A DNA stretch of 64,000 nt from Mobula hypostoma (lineage: Eukaryota): NCBI RefSeq assembly GCF_963921235.1, contig NC_086102.1:34720001-34784000 (forward strand). Reading direction: 5' to 3'. Below are positions 23,635-37,668 of the stretch, in pieces. The notes beneath the pieces are model-generated. The model was not told where the DNA came from. It worked only from the letters and a program-made list of their open reading frames with translations, and made no database searches. Each line of letters opens with the position of its first letter. Position 1 is the stretch's first letter. A program made the position numbers and the translations under genes.

Positions 23635-26600
23635 ATCAGAATCAGGTTTACTATTACAAACATAGGTTGTGAAATTTGGTAGCACTGCAGTGCAAGACAT
23701 AAAGATTTACTAAGTTGCAAAATTAAGTAAATAGTGTTATAAATAAATAATGATTAGGTGTTCGTGGGCCATTCCAAAATCTGATGCTGGAGGGGAAGAA
23801 GCAGTTCTTAACATGTTGAGTGTGTGTTATCAAGTTCCTGTACGTCCTTCCCATGGTGGTAAGGTGATGAATGCCTATCATGATGAATGCTGCCTTTCTG
23901 AAACACAGCCCCATGAAGATGTCACAGGTGGTGGTGAGGGTTGTGCCCATGGTGAATCTGGCTGAGTCTACAACCCGCTGCAGCCTCTTTCCGTCCTGTG
24001 AATCGGAGGCTCCATGCCACCCTACAAATAAATTCCATTTGAAGTTACAGACAGAGTTGAATGTACATCAGCTCTGGCAGGGTTTGCAGGCTCTTCCAGC
24101 AAGGTGAAACCTAACGTCATGAGTGGCTGTGATGTTTCACTCCCAGGTACACCTCTTATGTACACTTTGAAAGAGAGAATAAAACTACATCCCTACAGCA
24201 TCTGGTGATTTTTCAACCTCTGTCTTGGTGGTTGATGTGAAAACTTCTTTCAGGAGGATGAACCCTCACAAGGCATCAGGCCTTGATGGTGTACCCAATA
24301 GGGCACTAAAAACCCATGCCAATCAATTGGTGGGAGTGTTCAAAGACATCTTCAATCTCTTACTGCTGCAGTTGGTGGTTCCAGTGGCTTCAGAAGGGCA
24401 ACAATCATACCAGTGGCCAAGAAGAACAGGGTGAGGTGCCTCAATGACTATTGCCCTGTTGCTCTCACATCTACTCTGATGAAGTGCTGTGAGAGTTTGG
24501 TCGTGGCCAGAAACAACTCGCACCTCAGCAATGGGGGATCAAGTTTATTGTCATCTGATTGTAGATATATACAACCAAACGAAACAACGTTCCTCTGGAC
24601 CACGGTGCACCCACAAAACGTGCAGCACATAAAACAAAATATTACCATATTAAATTAATTAAATATAATTCGAAGTGCATGTGCAGCACAAGTAAATAGC
24701 AAACAGTAACTAGTACAGTAAACGTTTCTTGTCCTAGTGTCATGACCTTGGTGGTGGCAGAGTATTAGTCTCACAGCCTGAGGAAAGAAGCTGATGCCCA
24801 GTCTGGCAGTTCTAGTCCTGATGCTCCTATACCTCCTTCCTGATAGTAGTGGGTCAAAGTGATTGTGGGATGGGCGGTAGGGATTCTCAACAATGCTTTG
24901 GGCCCTTCGTATACAATGCTCCTGATAAATGTCACAAATGGGCAGAGGGACACCCCAGTGATCAACTCTGGCTTTTACTATCCTCTTGGGTCTTGCAGTT
25001 CAATGGCTTGCAGCTTCCATGACACACAATGATGTAGCCAGATAGGACACTCTCAATGATGCTCCTGTAGAAAGTTGTTAGAATGGGGGCAGCGAACATT
25101 GCACACCTCAATCTCCTCAGAAAGTGTAGAGGAGGTGTTGTGGGCTTCAGTTTGATCATTACTTATGTGTACACCAAGGCACTTAACACTCTTCACTCTC
25201 CCCATAAGAAACAGACTGATGTGCAATGGAGAGTGGTTGACCTGTGCCTTCCTGAAGTCCACAATCAACTCTTTTGTCTTGTCCTCATTGAGACTCAGGT
25301 TGTTGTTTTCACACCATTTGACAAGTGCCTCTACCTCTTGTCTCTCTGTCAACATATCATTGTTTCTGATAAGACCAACTGCTGTTGTATCATCAGTGAA
25401 CTTGATGATGCAGTCTGAGCTGAATCTGGCAGTGCAGTATTGAGTCAGAAACAGGCTGAGCACACAGCTCTGGGGAGCACCAGTGCTCAGTGTGATGGGG
25501 CTTGAGATGTTGCAGCCAACTCAGACTAACTGCGGTCTTTCCATTAAGAAGTCCAAGAAAGGGGTGTTGAGGACCTAGGCCCGCTGTAATTTGCCTATCA
25601 CCACAATAGACCTACAGAGGAAGCAATCTCACTGGCTCTCCGCCCAGTCTTGGACAATAGCAATACCAACATCAGGCTTTGTTTATTGATTACAGCTTAG
25701 AGTACAACATCATCTCCTCGGTACTAAGCAATAAGTTCCAAACTCTGGGCCTCTGTCCTTCCCTTTGCAATTGGATCCTTGACTTCCTCATCCGAAGACC
25801 ACAGTCAGTGCGGATTGGAGATAGCATCTCTTCACTGACAATCAACATTGGTGCACCTCAAGGATGTGTGCTTAGCCCACTGCTCTACTCTTTATACACC
25901 CATATCTGCATGGCTAGGCACAGCTCAAATACCATCTATAAATTATCCAATGGTACAACTAGTCTTGGCAGAAATTCAGATGGTGACGAGGCATACAGGA
26001 GCAAGGTAGATCAGCTGGTTGAGCAGAGTGCATACATGTCACCAAGAAAACTCTGAGGTTCTATACCCTGCTGGCATACTTAGCAAATCTTAGTAACTGT
26101 AAATAGGATCAATAAAAAATTAATTGTGCAAATGCATATGTAAATAAATAACGAGTATGAGATCACAAGAAAAAATCCTTAAAGTGAGAGCATTGGATAT
26201 GGGAACACAGGAAATAGAATGAGTGTAGTTATCCCCTTTTGTTCAACAGCCTGATGGCTGAGGGGTAGTAATTGTTCTTGAACCTGGTGGTGCATGTCCC
26301 GAGGCACGTGTACCTTCTACCTGATGGCAGCACCAAGAAAAGTACATGGCCTGGTTGGTGAAGATCTTTGATGATGGATGCTGCTTTTCTATGCCAATGT
26401 TTCATGTAGATATGCTCAATGGTTGGGAGGGCTTTGCCTATGATGTACTGGGCCAAATCCACTACCTTTTGTAAGATTTTCCACTCAAAGGCATTGGTGT
26501 TCCTATTCCATGCCAAAATGCAGCCAGAAGGCACACTTTCCACCAGACAACTATAGAAGTTTGCCAAGGTTTTTGATGACATGCCAAATCTCCACAGACT

Positions 26601-28410
26601 CCTGAGGAATTAAAGGTGCTGTTGTGCTTTCTTTGCAATTATATTTCCTTTTCCTTTCACTCAATGTCAGTAAGAACTAGGAATTGATTGTGGACTTCAG
26701 GAAAGGAAAGTCAAATCCTCTTTGAGGGATTAGCAGTGGAAAGGGCGAGCAGATTCAAGTTCACGGGTGTCAACATCTCTGAAGATCTATCCTAGGCCCA
26801 ACATATTGATGCAATTACAAAGAAGACTTTGACAGTGATTTTATTTCATTAGGAGTTTGAAGTGATTTGGTACGCTACCAAAGGCTTCAGCAAATTTCTA
26901 CAGATGTACCATGGAGATCATTCTAACTGGTTGCATCAACTTCTGATACGGAGCGTCCACTGTGCAGGATTAGAGAAAGCTGCAGAAAGTTGCAAACTCC
27001 AAATGATGTAGAGCCGCTGGTACATCAATGCAATCATTCCTTGTGATCACATCAATGTGTTTGTTTAGCCCAGAATAGATTCTCCGAGATGTCGACACCC
27101 AGGAACTTGAAGCTGCTTATCTAGTCCACTGCCGACCCTTCGTTCTCTCAACTTCCCCTTCCTCTAAGTGCGAGGTTGTTGTTGCGACACCACGCAAACT
27201 GCTGATTTCTCTCACTCATGTACACCCTCTCATCACCAGCTGAATTTCTGTCAACAACAGTTGTGTTTCCCCCAACAACATCAGCGAGTTATAAATGGCG
27301 TTTGAGCTATGTCTTGCCACACAGTCATGAGTGTAGAAAGAGTAGAGCAGTGGGTTCAGCATGTGCCCTTGACTTGCACTGTGTGGATTTTTGATCTCAC
27401 AGTGACCTTTCGTTGGTTGTGCCTGGACGGCTTCCCTATAGGGTTGTGGATTGCCGGTCTTGGACGCCACATTCTAGCCCGTAGCAGACTGCGAATCTCA
27501 CGGATCATCCAGGACTTGCAGTTTGGTAAGATTCAATATGTTCCCAAAGGCATGCGCTCATCAACGCTGAAGTCAGTTATGGCTGTTCAGTTGTTATTAC
27601 TGATTTGCACTGTCGTCATTCTCTCAATAAGGAAGAATCCAGTTGCAAGGGAGGGACAGTGGCCGAGGTTTTGAAGTTTGTTGATTAGTAGTGAGGAGAT
27701 GATGGTGTTGTACACTGAGTTGGAATTGATAAACAGTGGTCTAACATATATTTTATTGTTTAGGTGTTCCTAGTGGAGAGCCATGTAAGATTGCGTCCGC
27801 TGTAGAGCTATTGTAGTGATAGGCAACTTGCAGTGGGTCCAGGTCCTTGCTTGGAACTCAGCCCTCCTCTCTGTAACTGGATCTTGGACTTCTTGACGGA
27901 AAGACCCCGGTCTGGTAGGGAAATTGTAGAAGCTCTAGGTCCCTGCTCAGGCAGCTCACCCAGTTCTTCAGAGGCAGATGGGAAATGCTGACTGCAACAG
28001 TGAGAGGTTGAAGATGTCCATGAACACTCCAGCTAATTGTTTGGAACATATTCTCAATACCCCATCAGGCACACTGTCATTTTGCCCTCACAACGATTTT
28101 CCTTAGGCCTTATCTGGACTTATAGAGGAGTCGGAATCTCTGGTCTTGAACACAAAAGATCCAGCCCTCAGCAGACTGGAACTCACAGTTCATTCAGGAC
28201 ATTCAGTTTAGGAAGATTCATTATGTTCTTGAAGGCACACACTCATTCATGCAGATCTTGATGAAGTCGGTGACACCCGTGGAATATTCATTCAGATTTG
28301 AAGATGAATCTCTGAATATGGTTCAGTCCACTGATTTAAAGCAGTTCTATCACTTGCACCCCCTGCCCCCCCCCCCACCACCATCACCATCGTGCCTCCC
28401 TTGACCACAC
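23635..28410. mobile_element. Mosaic of nested Rex1/Babar-like LINE fragments in both orientations
   Basis: ORFs with [87 protein letters not shown] and LPSGRRY...RFKNNYYPSAIRLLN. Confidence 0.85.
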
Positions 28411-28415
28411 TATAC

Positions 28416-31382
28416 GACCATAAGATATAGGAGTAGATTTAGGCCATTTAGCCCATCGGGTCTGCTCTGCCATTTCAGTACAGCTGATCCAATTTTCCTC
28501 TCAATCCCATTCTCCTGCCTTCTTTCCGTAATGTTCCACACCTTGACTAATCAGGAACCTATCAACCGCCACCTTAAATACACCCACTGATGACCTCCAT
28601 AGCCACCTGTGGCAACGAATTCCATAGATTCACCACACTCTGGCTAAAGAAATTCCACCTCATCATTCTAAATGGATGCACCTCTATTCAGTGGCTGTGT
28701 CCTCTGGTCCAAGACTCCCTACTATAGGAAACATCCTCCCCACAACCACTCTCTCGAGGCCTTTCAACATTTGATAGGGTTCAATGAGACGCCACCTCAT
28801 TCTTCTAAATTCCCAGGAGTACAGGCCCGGAGCCATCAAATGCTCCTCATCCGATAAGTCTTTCTTACACGGAATCATTCCTGTGAACCTCCTCTAAACC
28901 CTCCCCAATGTCCGCACATCCTTTCTGAGATAAGGGGTCCAAAGCTGATCATATTATTTCAAATGAGGCCTCATCAGTGCCTTATAAAGCCTCAGCATTA
29001 CATCTTGCTTTTATATTCTTGTCCTCTTGAAATGAATGCTAACATTGCATTTGCCTTCCTCAACAATGACTCAGCCTGCAAGTTAACTTAGGGATACCTG
29101 CACAAGAACTCTCAAGTCCCTCTGCACCTCAGATTTTTGGATGTTCTCATTACAAAAATAATCTACACTTTTATTCCTTCTACCAAACTGCATGACCATA
29201 CATGTCCCAACATTGTATTCCATCTGCCACTTCTTTGGCCATTCTCCTAATCTAAGTCCTTCTGCAGCCTCCCTGCTTCCTCAACGCTACTTGTCCCTGC
29301 ACCTATCTTTGTATCGTCTGCTAACTTGGCTACCAAGCCATCAATCCCATCATCCAAATTATTGACACATAACATAAAAAGCAATCACAACACAACCCCT
29401 GCATAACCCCTAATCACTGACAGCCAACCAGAAAAAGCCCCCTTTATTCCCACTCTTTACCTCCTGCCAGTCAGCTAATCTATCCATGCTGATATTTTTC
29501 AAGTAACACTATGGGCCCTTATCTTGATAAGCAGCATCAAATGGTATACCTTCTCAAAGGCCTTCTGAAAATCCGAGAACACAACATCCACCAATTCTCC
29601 TTTGTCTATACTGCTTGTCATTTCCTCAAAGGATTCCAACAGATTTGTCACTCAAGTTTTTTCCTTAAAGAACCTTACTGCCTTCGGCCTGTTGTATCAT
29701 ATGCCTCCAAGTAATCTGAGACCTCATCCTTAACAATTGACTCCAACATCTTCCCAACCACTAAGGTGAGGCTCGCTGGTCTATAACTTCCTTTCTTTTG
29801 CCTTCCTTCCTTAATGAGTAGAGTGACATTTTGCAATTTTCCAGTCCTCCGGGTCCATGCCAGAATCTAGTGAATCTTGAAAAATCATTACTAATGCCTC
29901 CACAAACTCTTCAGTTACTTCTTTCAGAAACCTAGGGTGAGTCTATCTGACTTACATCAAATCTTTCAGCTTCCCTAGCACCTTCTCTCTAGTAACTGCA
30001 CTCACTTTGCCCCAAAACTTTTGAACTTCCAGCATACTGCTTGTGTCAGTAAAGACTGATGCTAAATACTTAATCAATTCGTCCGCCATTTCTTTACTAC
30101 TATTAGCCCACCATTACTACTTCTCCAGCATCATTTTTCAGTGGACCAATATCTACTCTCACCTCTCTTTTACTTTTTATATACCTAAAAAAACTTCTGG
30201 TATACTCTTTGATATTATTGGCCAGTTTGCCATCATATTTAATTTTCCCCCTCCTTTTGCCTCTTAGTTGCCCCTATTGGTTTTTAAAGCTTCTCAATCT
30301 TCTAACTTCCCAACACCTTTTGCTGTTACATGCTCTCTCCTTTGCTTTTATGTTGTCTTTGACATCCCCTGTCAGCCACGGTTGCACCATCATGCCTTTA
30401 GAATAATTCTTCAACTTTGGGATGTATTTATCCTGCTCTTTCTGAATTGCTCCAAGAATCTCCAGTCATTGCAGTTCTGCCATAATCACTGCCAGTATTC
30501 CCCTTCAATCAACTTTAGCCAGATCCTCTTTCATGACCCAGTAATTCCCTTTATTCTACTGTAAAACTGACTTGTCTGACTTTAGCTTCTTCCTCTCAAA
30601 TTGCAGGGTGAATTTTATAATATGATCACTGCCTCCTAAGGGTACATTTACCTTAAGCTCCCTAATCAAATCCTGTTCAATTCTCAATACTGAATCCAGA
30701 ATAGCCTTTCCCTGAGCAGGGTCAACCACAAGCTCCTCTAAAAAGTCATTTCATTGGCATTCAACAAACTCCGTCTTGGGTTCTAGCACCAGCCTGATTT
30801 TCCCAATCTACCTTCATATTGTAATCCCACCCCTGCCCCCATGACTATCGTATCATTGTCCTTTTCTATCTTGCATTGCAATTTGTATCCCATATCTTTG
30901 CTACTGTTTGGAGGCCTGTAGACTCCCATCAGGGTCTTCTTGCCCTTGCAGTTTCTTAACTCTACTAACAAAGACTCTACATCTTCCGATAATATCAGCT
31001 CTAATGATTTAATTTTTTACCAACAGAGGCACGTCACCCCCTCTGCTTACCTGCCTGCCTTTTCGATACAATGTGTACCCTTGGTTGTTAAGTTCCCAAC
31101 TACAAGCTTCTTGATTTGACGATGCCCACACCATACCTGCCAATCTCTAACTGCGCTACAAGATAATCTCTACCTTATTTTGTGTACTGCATGCATTCAA
31201 ATATAGCACTTTCATTCCTCCATTTGTCACCCCTTTTCAATTTTGTCATATTACACTGCAACTCATTCCACTGTCGGCAATTTTTCCCTACCATCAGCCT
31301 GTCCATCCTGACAGTCTCACTATAGACCACATCTGCTTGTATACCAACTGCCCCATCCTCAGCCCTATTACTCTTGTTCCAG
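28416..31382 (-). mobile_element. Long degenerate CR1-clade LINE (endonuclease region to 3' tail)
   Basis: VELRNCKGKKTLMGVYRPPNS (APE endonuclease) at 30783-30971, RT remnants, GLYSWEFRRMR at 28684-28878 and a 3' tail at about 28416. Confidence 0.88.
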
Positions 31383-31479
31383 TCTCGGCCTTTATGTTGG
31401 GAGTAGAATTACAGTCAAGTGATGGGATTTGCCAAAGTGTGGGTGTGGGATGGCACAGTACAGCATTCTTGGTGCTGTA

Positions 31480-31943
31480 AGAGACAGTGTGTGTTGGCTT
31501 CTCTGGCCCAGCAGGTAACATGTTGGTGGTAGTTTGTCATAGAGGGTAGCAGACACCAACAAACTCATTCGTAAGGCCATTGATGTTGTGGGGATGGAAT
31601 GGACTCTCTGACGGTGGTGTCTGAAAAGAGGATGCTGTCCAAGTTGCTTGCCATAATGTACTGGTTGGGCACAGGAGTACATTCAGCCAGAGACTCATTC
31701 CACCGAGATGCAACACAGAGCATCATAGGAAGTCATTCCTGCCTGTGGCCATCAAACTTTACAACTCCTCCCTTGGAGAGTCAGACACCCTGAGCCAATA
31801 GGCTGGTCCTGGACTTATTTCCTGGCATAATTTAACATATTACTATTTAACTATTTATGTTTATATTACTATTTATTATTTATGGTGCAGCTGTAACGAA
31901 AACCAATTTCCCCCGTGATCAATAAAGTATGACTATGACTATG
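31480..31943 (+). mobile_element. Rex1/Babar-like LINE 3' end, separate family
   Basis: DSLTVVSEKRMLSKL, then RKSFLPVAIKLYNS, ending AATAAAGTATGACTATGACTATG (short tandem tail). Confidence 0.72.
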
Positions 31944-32454
31944 TAAAATAAACTGAGAAATCAGATGAAACTCATACAAAATACAAGTTCAGAGAACTCA
32001 ACCAGAGTGGAAGACCAGATTTGTAGATAAAAGGCAATATGGGAATAATTAGTCAGAGATAAGACTGCTTAACTGACAACCATCAGAAATCTCTAACTAT
32101 GCAACACTCCAATATATTCAAGGGTTGGGAATGGCAGTCATCCTGGAAGCAACAGCATTACCTAGGACCAGTAGTATCAGGGCCATTGTATTACGAATAT
32201 TTCAAATATTGTATTTCATCTTCTGCATTTATAGTGATAGATATTTGTACTGTGAAAGAATCAAGGCGCAGTTTCACAGGGGCATAATTTCACTGAAAAG
32301 CAAAGTAGGATTAGTGGGGAGAATAACATTCTAGCATTTGTATATGGATTTCACATTAAAGAGTATTAATATGCTCATCATCTTTCAAAGATTTGTTCAC
32401 CTGGGTATAATTCAATTCTCCTGAATCTGACCAAATTCTATCTAATATGGCTAA

Positions 32455-32860
32455 TTGCTAATTTGAACAATCTGCTGGAAGAGCTCTGCAGCTTAAGTAG
32501 CATGGGGCGGGGGGCGGGGGGCGGGGGCAGAAGGGAAAACGTCGACAATTTGGGTCAGAACCATGATGCAGTTTCAACCTGAAACATAAACAATTCATTG
32601 CCACCCCATACTGCTCAACTGCAATGAGTTCCTCCAGTACATTGTTAATACAGATTCCAACAAATGCTTCTTTTTGTCTGTTTTACTACTCCATCGGTTT
32701 CTTCAAGATATACCAAATTTCAAGTTTTCCTCCTCTCTCTCTAGCTTCTATTCAGATCTAGTGCAGGGTTTTGACTCAGTATTGACAATTCCTACCCCAC
32801 CCCTCATCTCAGATGCTGGTCAACCTGCTGAATTCCTCAAGCAGATTGTTTGTGTTTAAC
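32455..32860. mobile_element. Degenerate Penelope-like terminal-repeat remnants (inverted pair plus forward copy) containing a (GGGGGGC)n tract
   Basis: AACAATCTGCTGGAAGAGCTC and GAGTTCCTCCAGTACATTGTT are inverted. GATGCTGGTCAACCTGCTGAATTCCTCAAGCAGATTG tail at about 32812-32850. G-rich repeat at 32504-32529. Confidence 0.6.
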
Positions 32861-33328
32861 TGCCAGTTTGATTTAGTCAAAGGAGTTAATCTTAATAACA
32901 GGTGTCTAGAAAGATGGGAGGGGACAGAGGTGGCACACCAGTTTGCTCTACTCCTTCACAGCTCCATGGACCTGCATTTGATGTTCATATCTGTACTGAG
33001 TTTGCATATTCTCCTTCAAAAGAATTGGATTCTGCCACATCCCAAAGGTATATTTTATCCTGTAGTGTAGAGTGTGGTGTGGCAAAAAGAAAAGGGAGTT
33101 GATCCACATGTAAGAGAGGGCCTTAGGGAAACCAGGAACAGCAGGAAGGGATTACATTGCTCAGTGTTCTCCTTTCATGGTATGGTAAGAAGTCGCTTGA
33201 TACCATTCAATCAATATTAGTTGTTAATGTTGTTCCCCACATATTCCATAATTAGCATTCTTGCATGCAACTCATTATACAAACTGTACATTAAAATATT
33301 TAACAAGAATTATTGATCCAGAAAGCAT

Positions 33329-36300
33329 TTTATTTTCCCTGCCCAACCTGCAAAATCTGACATATTCAGGACAAATAAAAATCACATTTCCTTAACAAAA
33401 GAACCTCATATGTAAACAGACAAAAAGCTTCTTTTTAATATACAGCACAAAACTTACAGATGAAGGAAAACAATTCTAACATCTGAAAATACACAGCAAG
33501 CTTTAAAATTTAAATCCTGCACATCGTCTGCTCCTGCACCTGTGATTTATTGTTAATTCATTTTGGCCATCTAGGAGAGTACAATTACCACAGGGAGAAA
33601 GGACAATCTCGATATGTTAGCAATCATTTCACCACTTTGACAGTCCCAATAATCAAAAAATTATATATGGTTTTAGAGACAGAAGAAATAATTGAAGGCA
33701 AATAATGGGATTAACGTTTCAAGGCAAAGATAATATTTTAAACATGCTGTGACCATTTGTAACAAAACAGCATGTTCAACGTTGCTCATTTACCATTGTT
33801 TCCATTCACCATTGGCAGCTAAGTTTAAAATATTCTGGAATAGTAAAATGAAAACCATACAAAATAAAATGTGATCAAGAATCACAATGTACAAAAATAC
33901 TTTTTGAATATTGTTGACCATGAATGCTTTTTAAATAAGCACTTTTTAGAATTTAGAGGTGTATCAGGGAGATACTTTAAAACTCGCCCTCCCTTCAGTG
34001 AAAGCAAGTTTCTATTACATGCCTTGCACGTAGAATGACTTCCATATTTGTTACAATTCTGAATTAGGTTATTTGAATAAAAAATGAAAATAAACTGCAA
34101 TTAAAGGATAGCAAAACTCTCTAGTCTATTCACCTATTGCCTGCTGAGGTTTAAAAGAGAGTGGTAGGTCAGGAGAACAAGGGAAGACATAAGTATATAA
34201 ACCACACTTCTCCCATCATTCTAAATCAATCAAGGTGACCCACGAGACAAACTTATGATCTGATAAAGCTCTGAAATAATCTATGCTCAGCACAGTACCA
34301 CAGACATGGATGAGTGGTTTAACACTACATACATAGTAAGTTGGGAAATTACACAAAAATCATTTTTAGTTCTTGGTTGCAGTCTCTATAAAACTGCATT
34401 CCAACTAAGTCTAAACAGCATGCCCAAACTGCTAATAGTAATGAAAGCAATCAACAATGAAAGGTATAGTCAATGTAGTTTGTAGCAATGAAGTTCCTGT
34501 GCCCAGATGTACCAATTTAAACTTTTTGAACAGCTTTTGTGCTTGACTGGATAAGAAAGTTTTTTTTTGACACAAACTCACTGTAAAAGCAAAATAAAAA
34601 ATTGCAGTACAACCGCATATTCTACCACCTTTGGTGCTTCAAAACTAATCAATTTCTTTTAAAAGGCAGCAAATAAGAAAACCCTGTTCTTTCTCACCCA
34701 ATTTTTCCCTCCTTCTTGTTGTTGAGCTTGGTTACCTAATCCAAGCCTCGACATTCTACATGAGTGATTGTTATACTTGCCCGTGTGTTCCCTTTATATG
34801 GTTTAGCCAGATATGCAAAAAGTTCATAGTTATTCATGCTATGGTCAGGTTTTACTTTCTTTCACAAGGAAAAAAAGTAGCAGACTCCTACTTTCTTTCT
34901 CAAGCTTTGAGCAACTTTTCTTGCACAAGGCTCAATGGTGAGCTCCCGAACTGTGGTGTGCTTCACAGCTAACAGTTTCTAGGCCTGACATTGACACGTC
35001 AACTACATAAAGGGTCCATGAGAGTCATCAATTGAAATCAGCCAAAACAGATACCTGTGGAACATTAATTATGTAGAGCTTTTGTTTAAAATGAAATTGT
35101 CATTTTCAATTGGAAAAAAAATATAAATTTAAGATATTTACCAGAAGTGTAACCAAGTTACTCAATTTAAAGAAACATCCAGAGCAACACAAATAATTGC
35201 ACTAAAGGATTGATTTTTACTCCTGTTAATTTCATTTCTCTCCCCCACCCCAGTAAAAGACAAAATAATTTGTGCAAAAAGGCATGTCCTTTCTAAATCT
35301 CTAGAACTCTGCCACAACTCAACTTCATCTGCAAGTCTGCTGAATGGTGGCAGCTTGGTCAGCGAGCAACACACACTTGCCTGGGATATTCCCTCTATGC
35401 CATTCTGCCACATCAAAAGACAATGTTTGTGGGAAGGATAAGAAATCAGCAAAAGATTCTTCCTTATTATTCAATGACACTATAAAAATTTTAATGCCAC
35501 CAACACATTTATCAAGCTACTGCCTCTGATTTACCAAAATGCAATGAAGCGTTCACAATCTCTATCTTAGGCTATATTGGCTATCAATTACATAGCCAAC
35601 AGCAAAAACTTTGTTATATCTATTAGGTTTCTGAGATCAGAGACAATGAAAACTAAGGTAACTGTGCTTTTTAAATGAATGAAATAAGGTTAAGAATCTT
35701 TCTGAAGCTTGGATTACCTTTATATGTAGAAAAGTAATATTAGTTTTGGACATCACAGTGAACCTCCCATTGTGCAAAGTATTTATTACACTGAGCCATT
35801 TACAGCATCAATTTCAGGTATAAATCACTAAGATTATTTTTAACAAGAAAGATTATTGCATGAATAAAGCCGTCTACATTTAATATTTACAGAATCCTAA
35901 AGATAGTGTGCGAAACGGGAGGTGTCTATAGCCTCTAATATACAGTTGTAAAGGGAGACATCTATGATTCTCCAATTACAACGTTAAACATTAAAGTCAA
36001 TGGAACAAAAATAGTCTGAAGGCAGATTAAATGGAAAGCTTCTTTTTTACTAGGCTGAAGTCCTAAAGGCCCAGACTAATGACATAAGGATTGGAAAATT
36101 AATAGTAACTACTTCTTTATGTACAAGCACTGAATCAATTTAACAACATTTAGGTTTAAGCACTTTCCATTGAATGTTATTTTTCATATTTCTGCCAGAT
36201 TTATACAACTGTAAAAGCTAAGCTGGGAGGGAAGAAAACAGGAATTCTGTTAATGAAGTAAACTAGTGATTAGCTTTGATAGGCTTTATAAATGGCAAGT

Positions 36301-37435
36301 CTAAAGAAACGAGAATTCCTGACATTGTACCAAAGAACGGAATACAGCAAAAGACTTAGCTAAGAGCCAGAGCTCAGTGTTCTAAGTGTCTATCGGTTTG
36401 AGTTAAGAGAGGTGAATATCCTGTAGTACACTGGATCAGTAACTCCATTCTGTTTTGAAATTTACAATTTATTGCAGTTGCTCAACAGAACTAATTCTAA
36501 ACTCTGGAATGCAGAGACTAGGAGAGTAAAAAAAAATCCAGCAAGGTTAAGGCTTACTGATTCATGTGGTTACAATCACAATCAGTTATTTTAACTTTTA
36601 ATGTGTGGCATAAAATTGCTAATCCTTCTGCCCATCCAATTGCTTGGTGACTACTTTCACTGAATACATTTCTTATGAGATTTGGAATGATGATATATAT
36701 TCACCATATTCTTTAACAGGTCAGTCACATGCTAAATTATGTATGTATTGTGAAGGATGACTTCTATTGAAAATAATTTAGACTTGGCGCTTGTTAGAAC
36801 TAATCTGCACATTTTCTTGTTTCATTCCAATACTTGGTGATTTCATGTTTCACATCACAAGGCAAAGTTAAACTATTCCCACTTAAGTCTACACACAACT
36901 TAGGACTGTATCACTAGGCAATCTTTTTGCTGGGGAATAATGTTGCACTGGGAAATATAAACACTTTAGGGTAGTTTTTTTTTTTAAGTACTTGCACAAT
37001 TTAAAATGTGCTCAACACAAAAATACCCCTCCCCAATATGAAGCATAAAACTATTCTCTGCAACTAGGCAATTAATGACCATGAACTTTTCAAATGCAAA
37101 AAATTAAACTCTTCCTTTTAGGTACTAATAGGAACATATGTTAATTTATAGCACTCCAAATCAAACAGCACACCGCATCACTAAAAATAATCAGTGGTAG
37201 CTTTGAAAAATGACAAGATCTAAATGTCAAATTCTGTTGAAATATTCTGCCACTTGTATCAATGTTTACTAAACACATTGCACTCATTACAATTTATAGT
37301 GAGAAAGTCTTTAAGTATACATTATACACCCATCACTGAATGGTTTCCATTCCAAAACAATCTGGAGGATTTTGAACATATGTTAATCCCTAAATTTCTA
37401 TTCCATATCCCCCATCGCATTCAACTCTGGTCATT
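33329..37435 (-). other. PCNP: Putative long 3' UTR of PCNP
   Basis: About 4 kb of AT-rich sequence with no recognisable repeats directly after the stop codon. Minus-strand AATAAA at 33329-33334 lies near where repeats resume. Confidence 0.55.
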
Positions 37436-37559
37436 TTAGTCATCATCTGCAAAATTTCGCAGCTGACTCTTCATTTTCCGTTCCCATAACCTCTGGTTAT
37501 CAGAAAATCCTTGTTTTCCTTTGTTGAAAGAATTTGGTCCTGCTGATGTTGGTGTTTCC
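37436..37559 (-). CDS. PCNP: PCNP coding exon 5 (last)
   Basis: Acceptor ccctgcag|G. Encodes [40 protein letters not shown], 124 nt. Confidence 0.96.
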
Positions 37560-37668
37560 CTGCAGGGAGAGGATACAAATAACCAAAAGACAAAACTTAG
37601 TTGATTTTCATGGAAAAACTAAAAACATGTTTGCTAAATTTCCCAATATAAATCATTTAACATGATCA

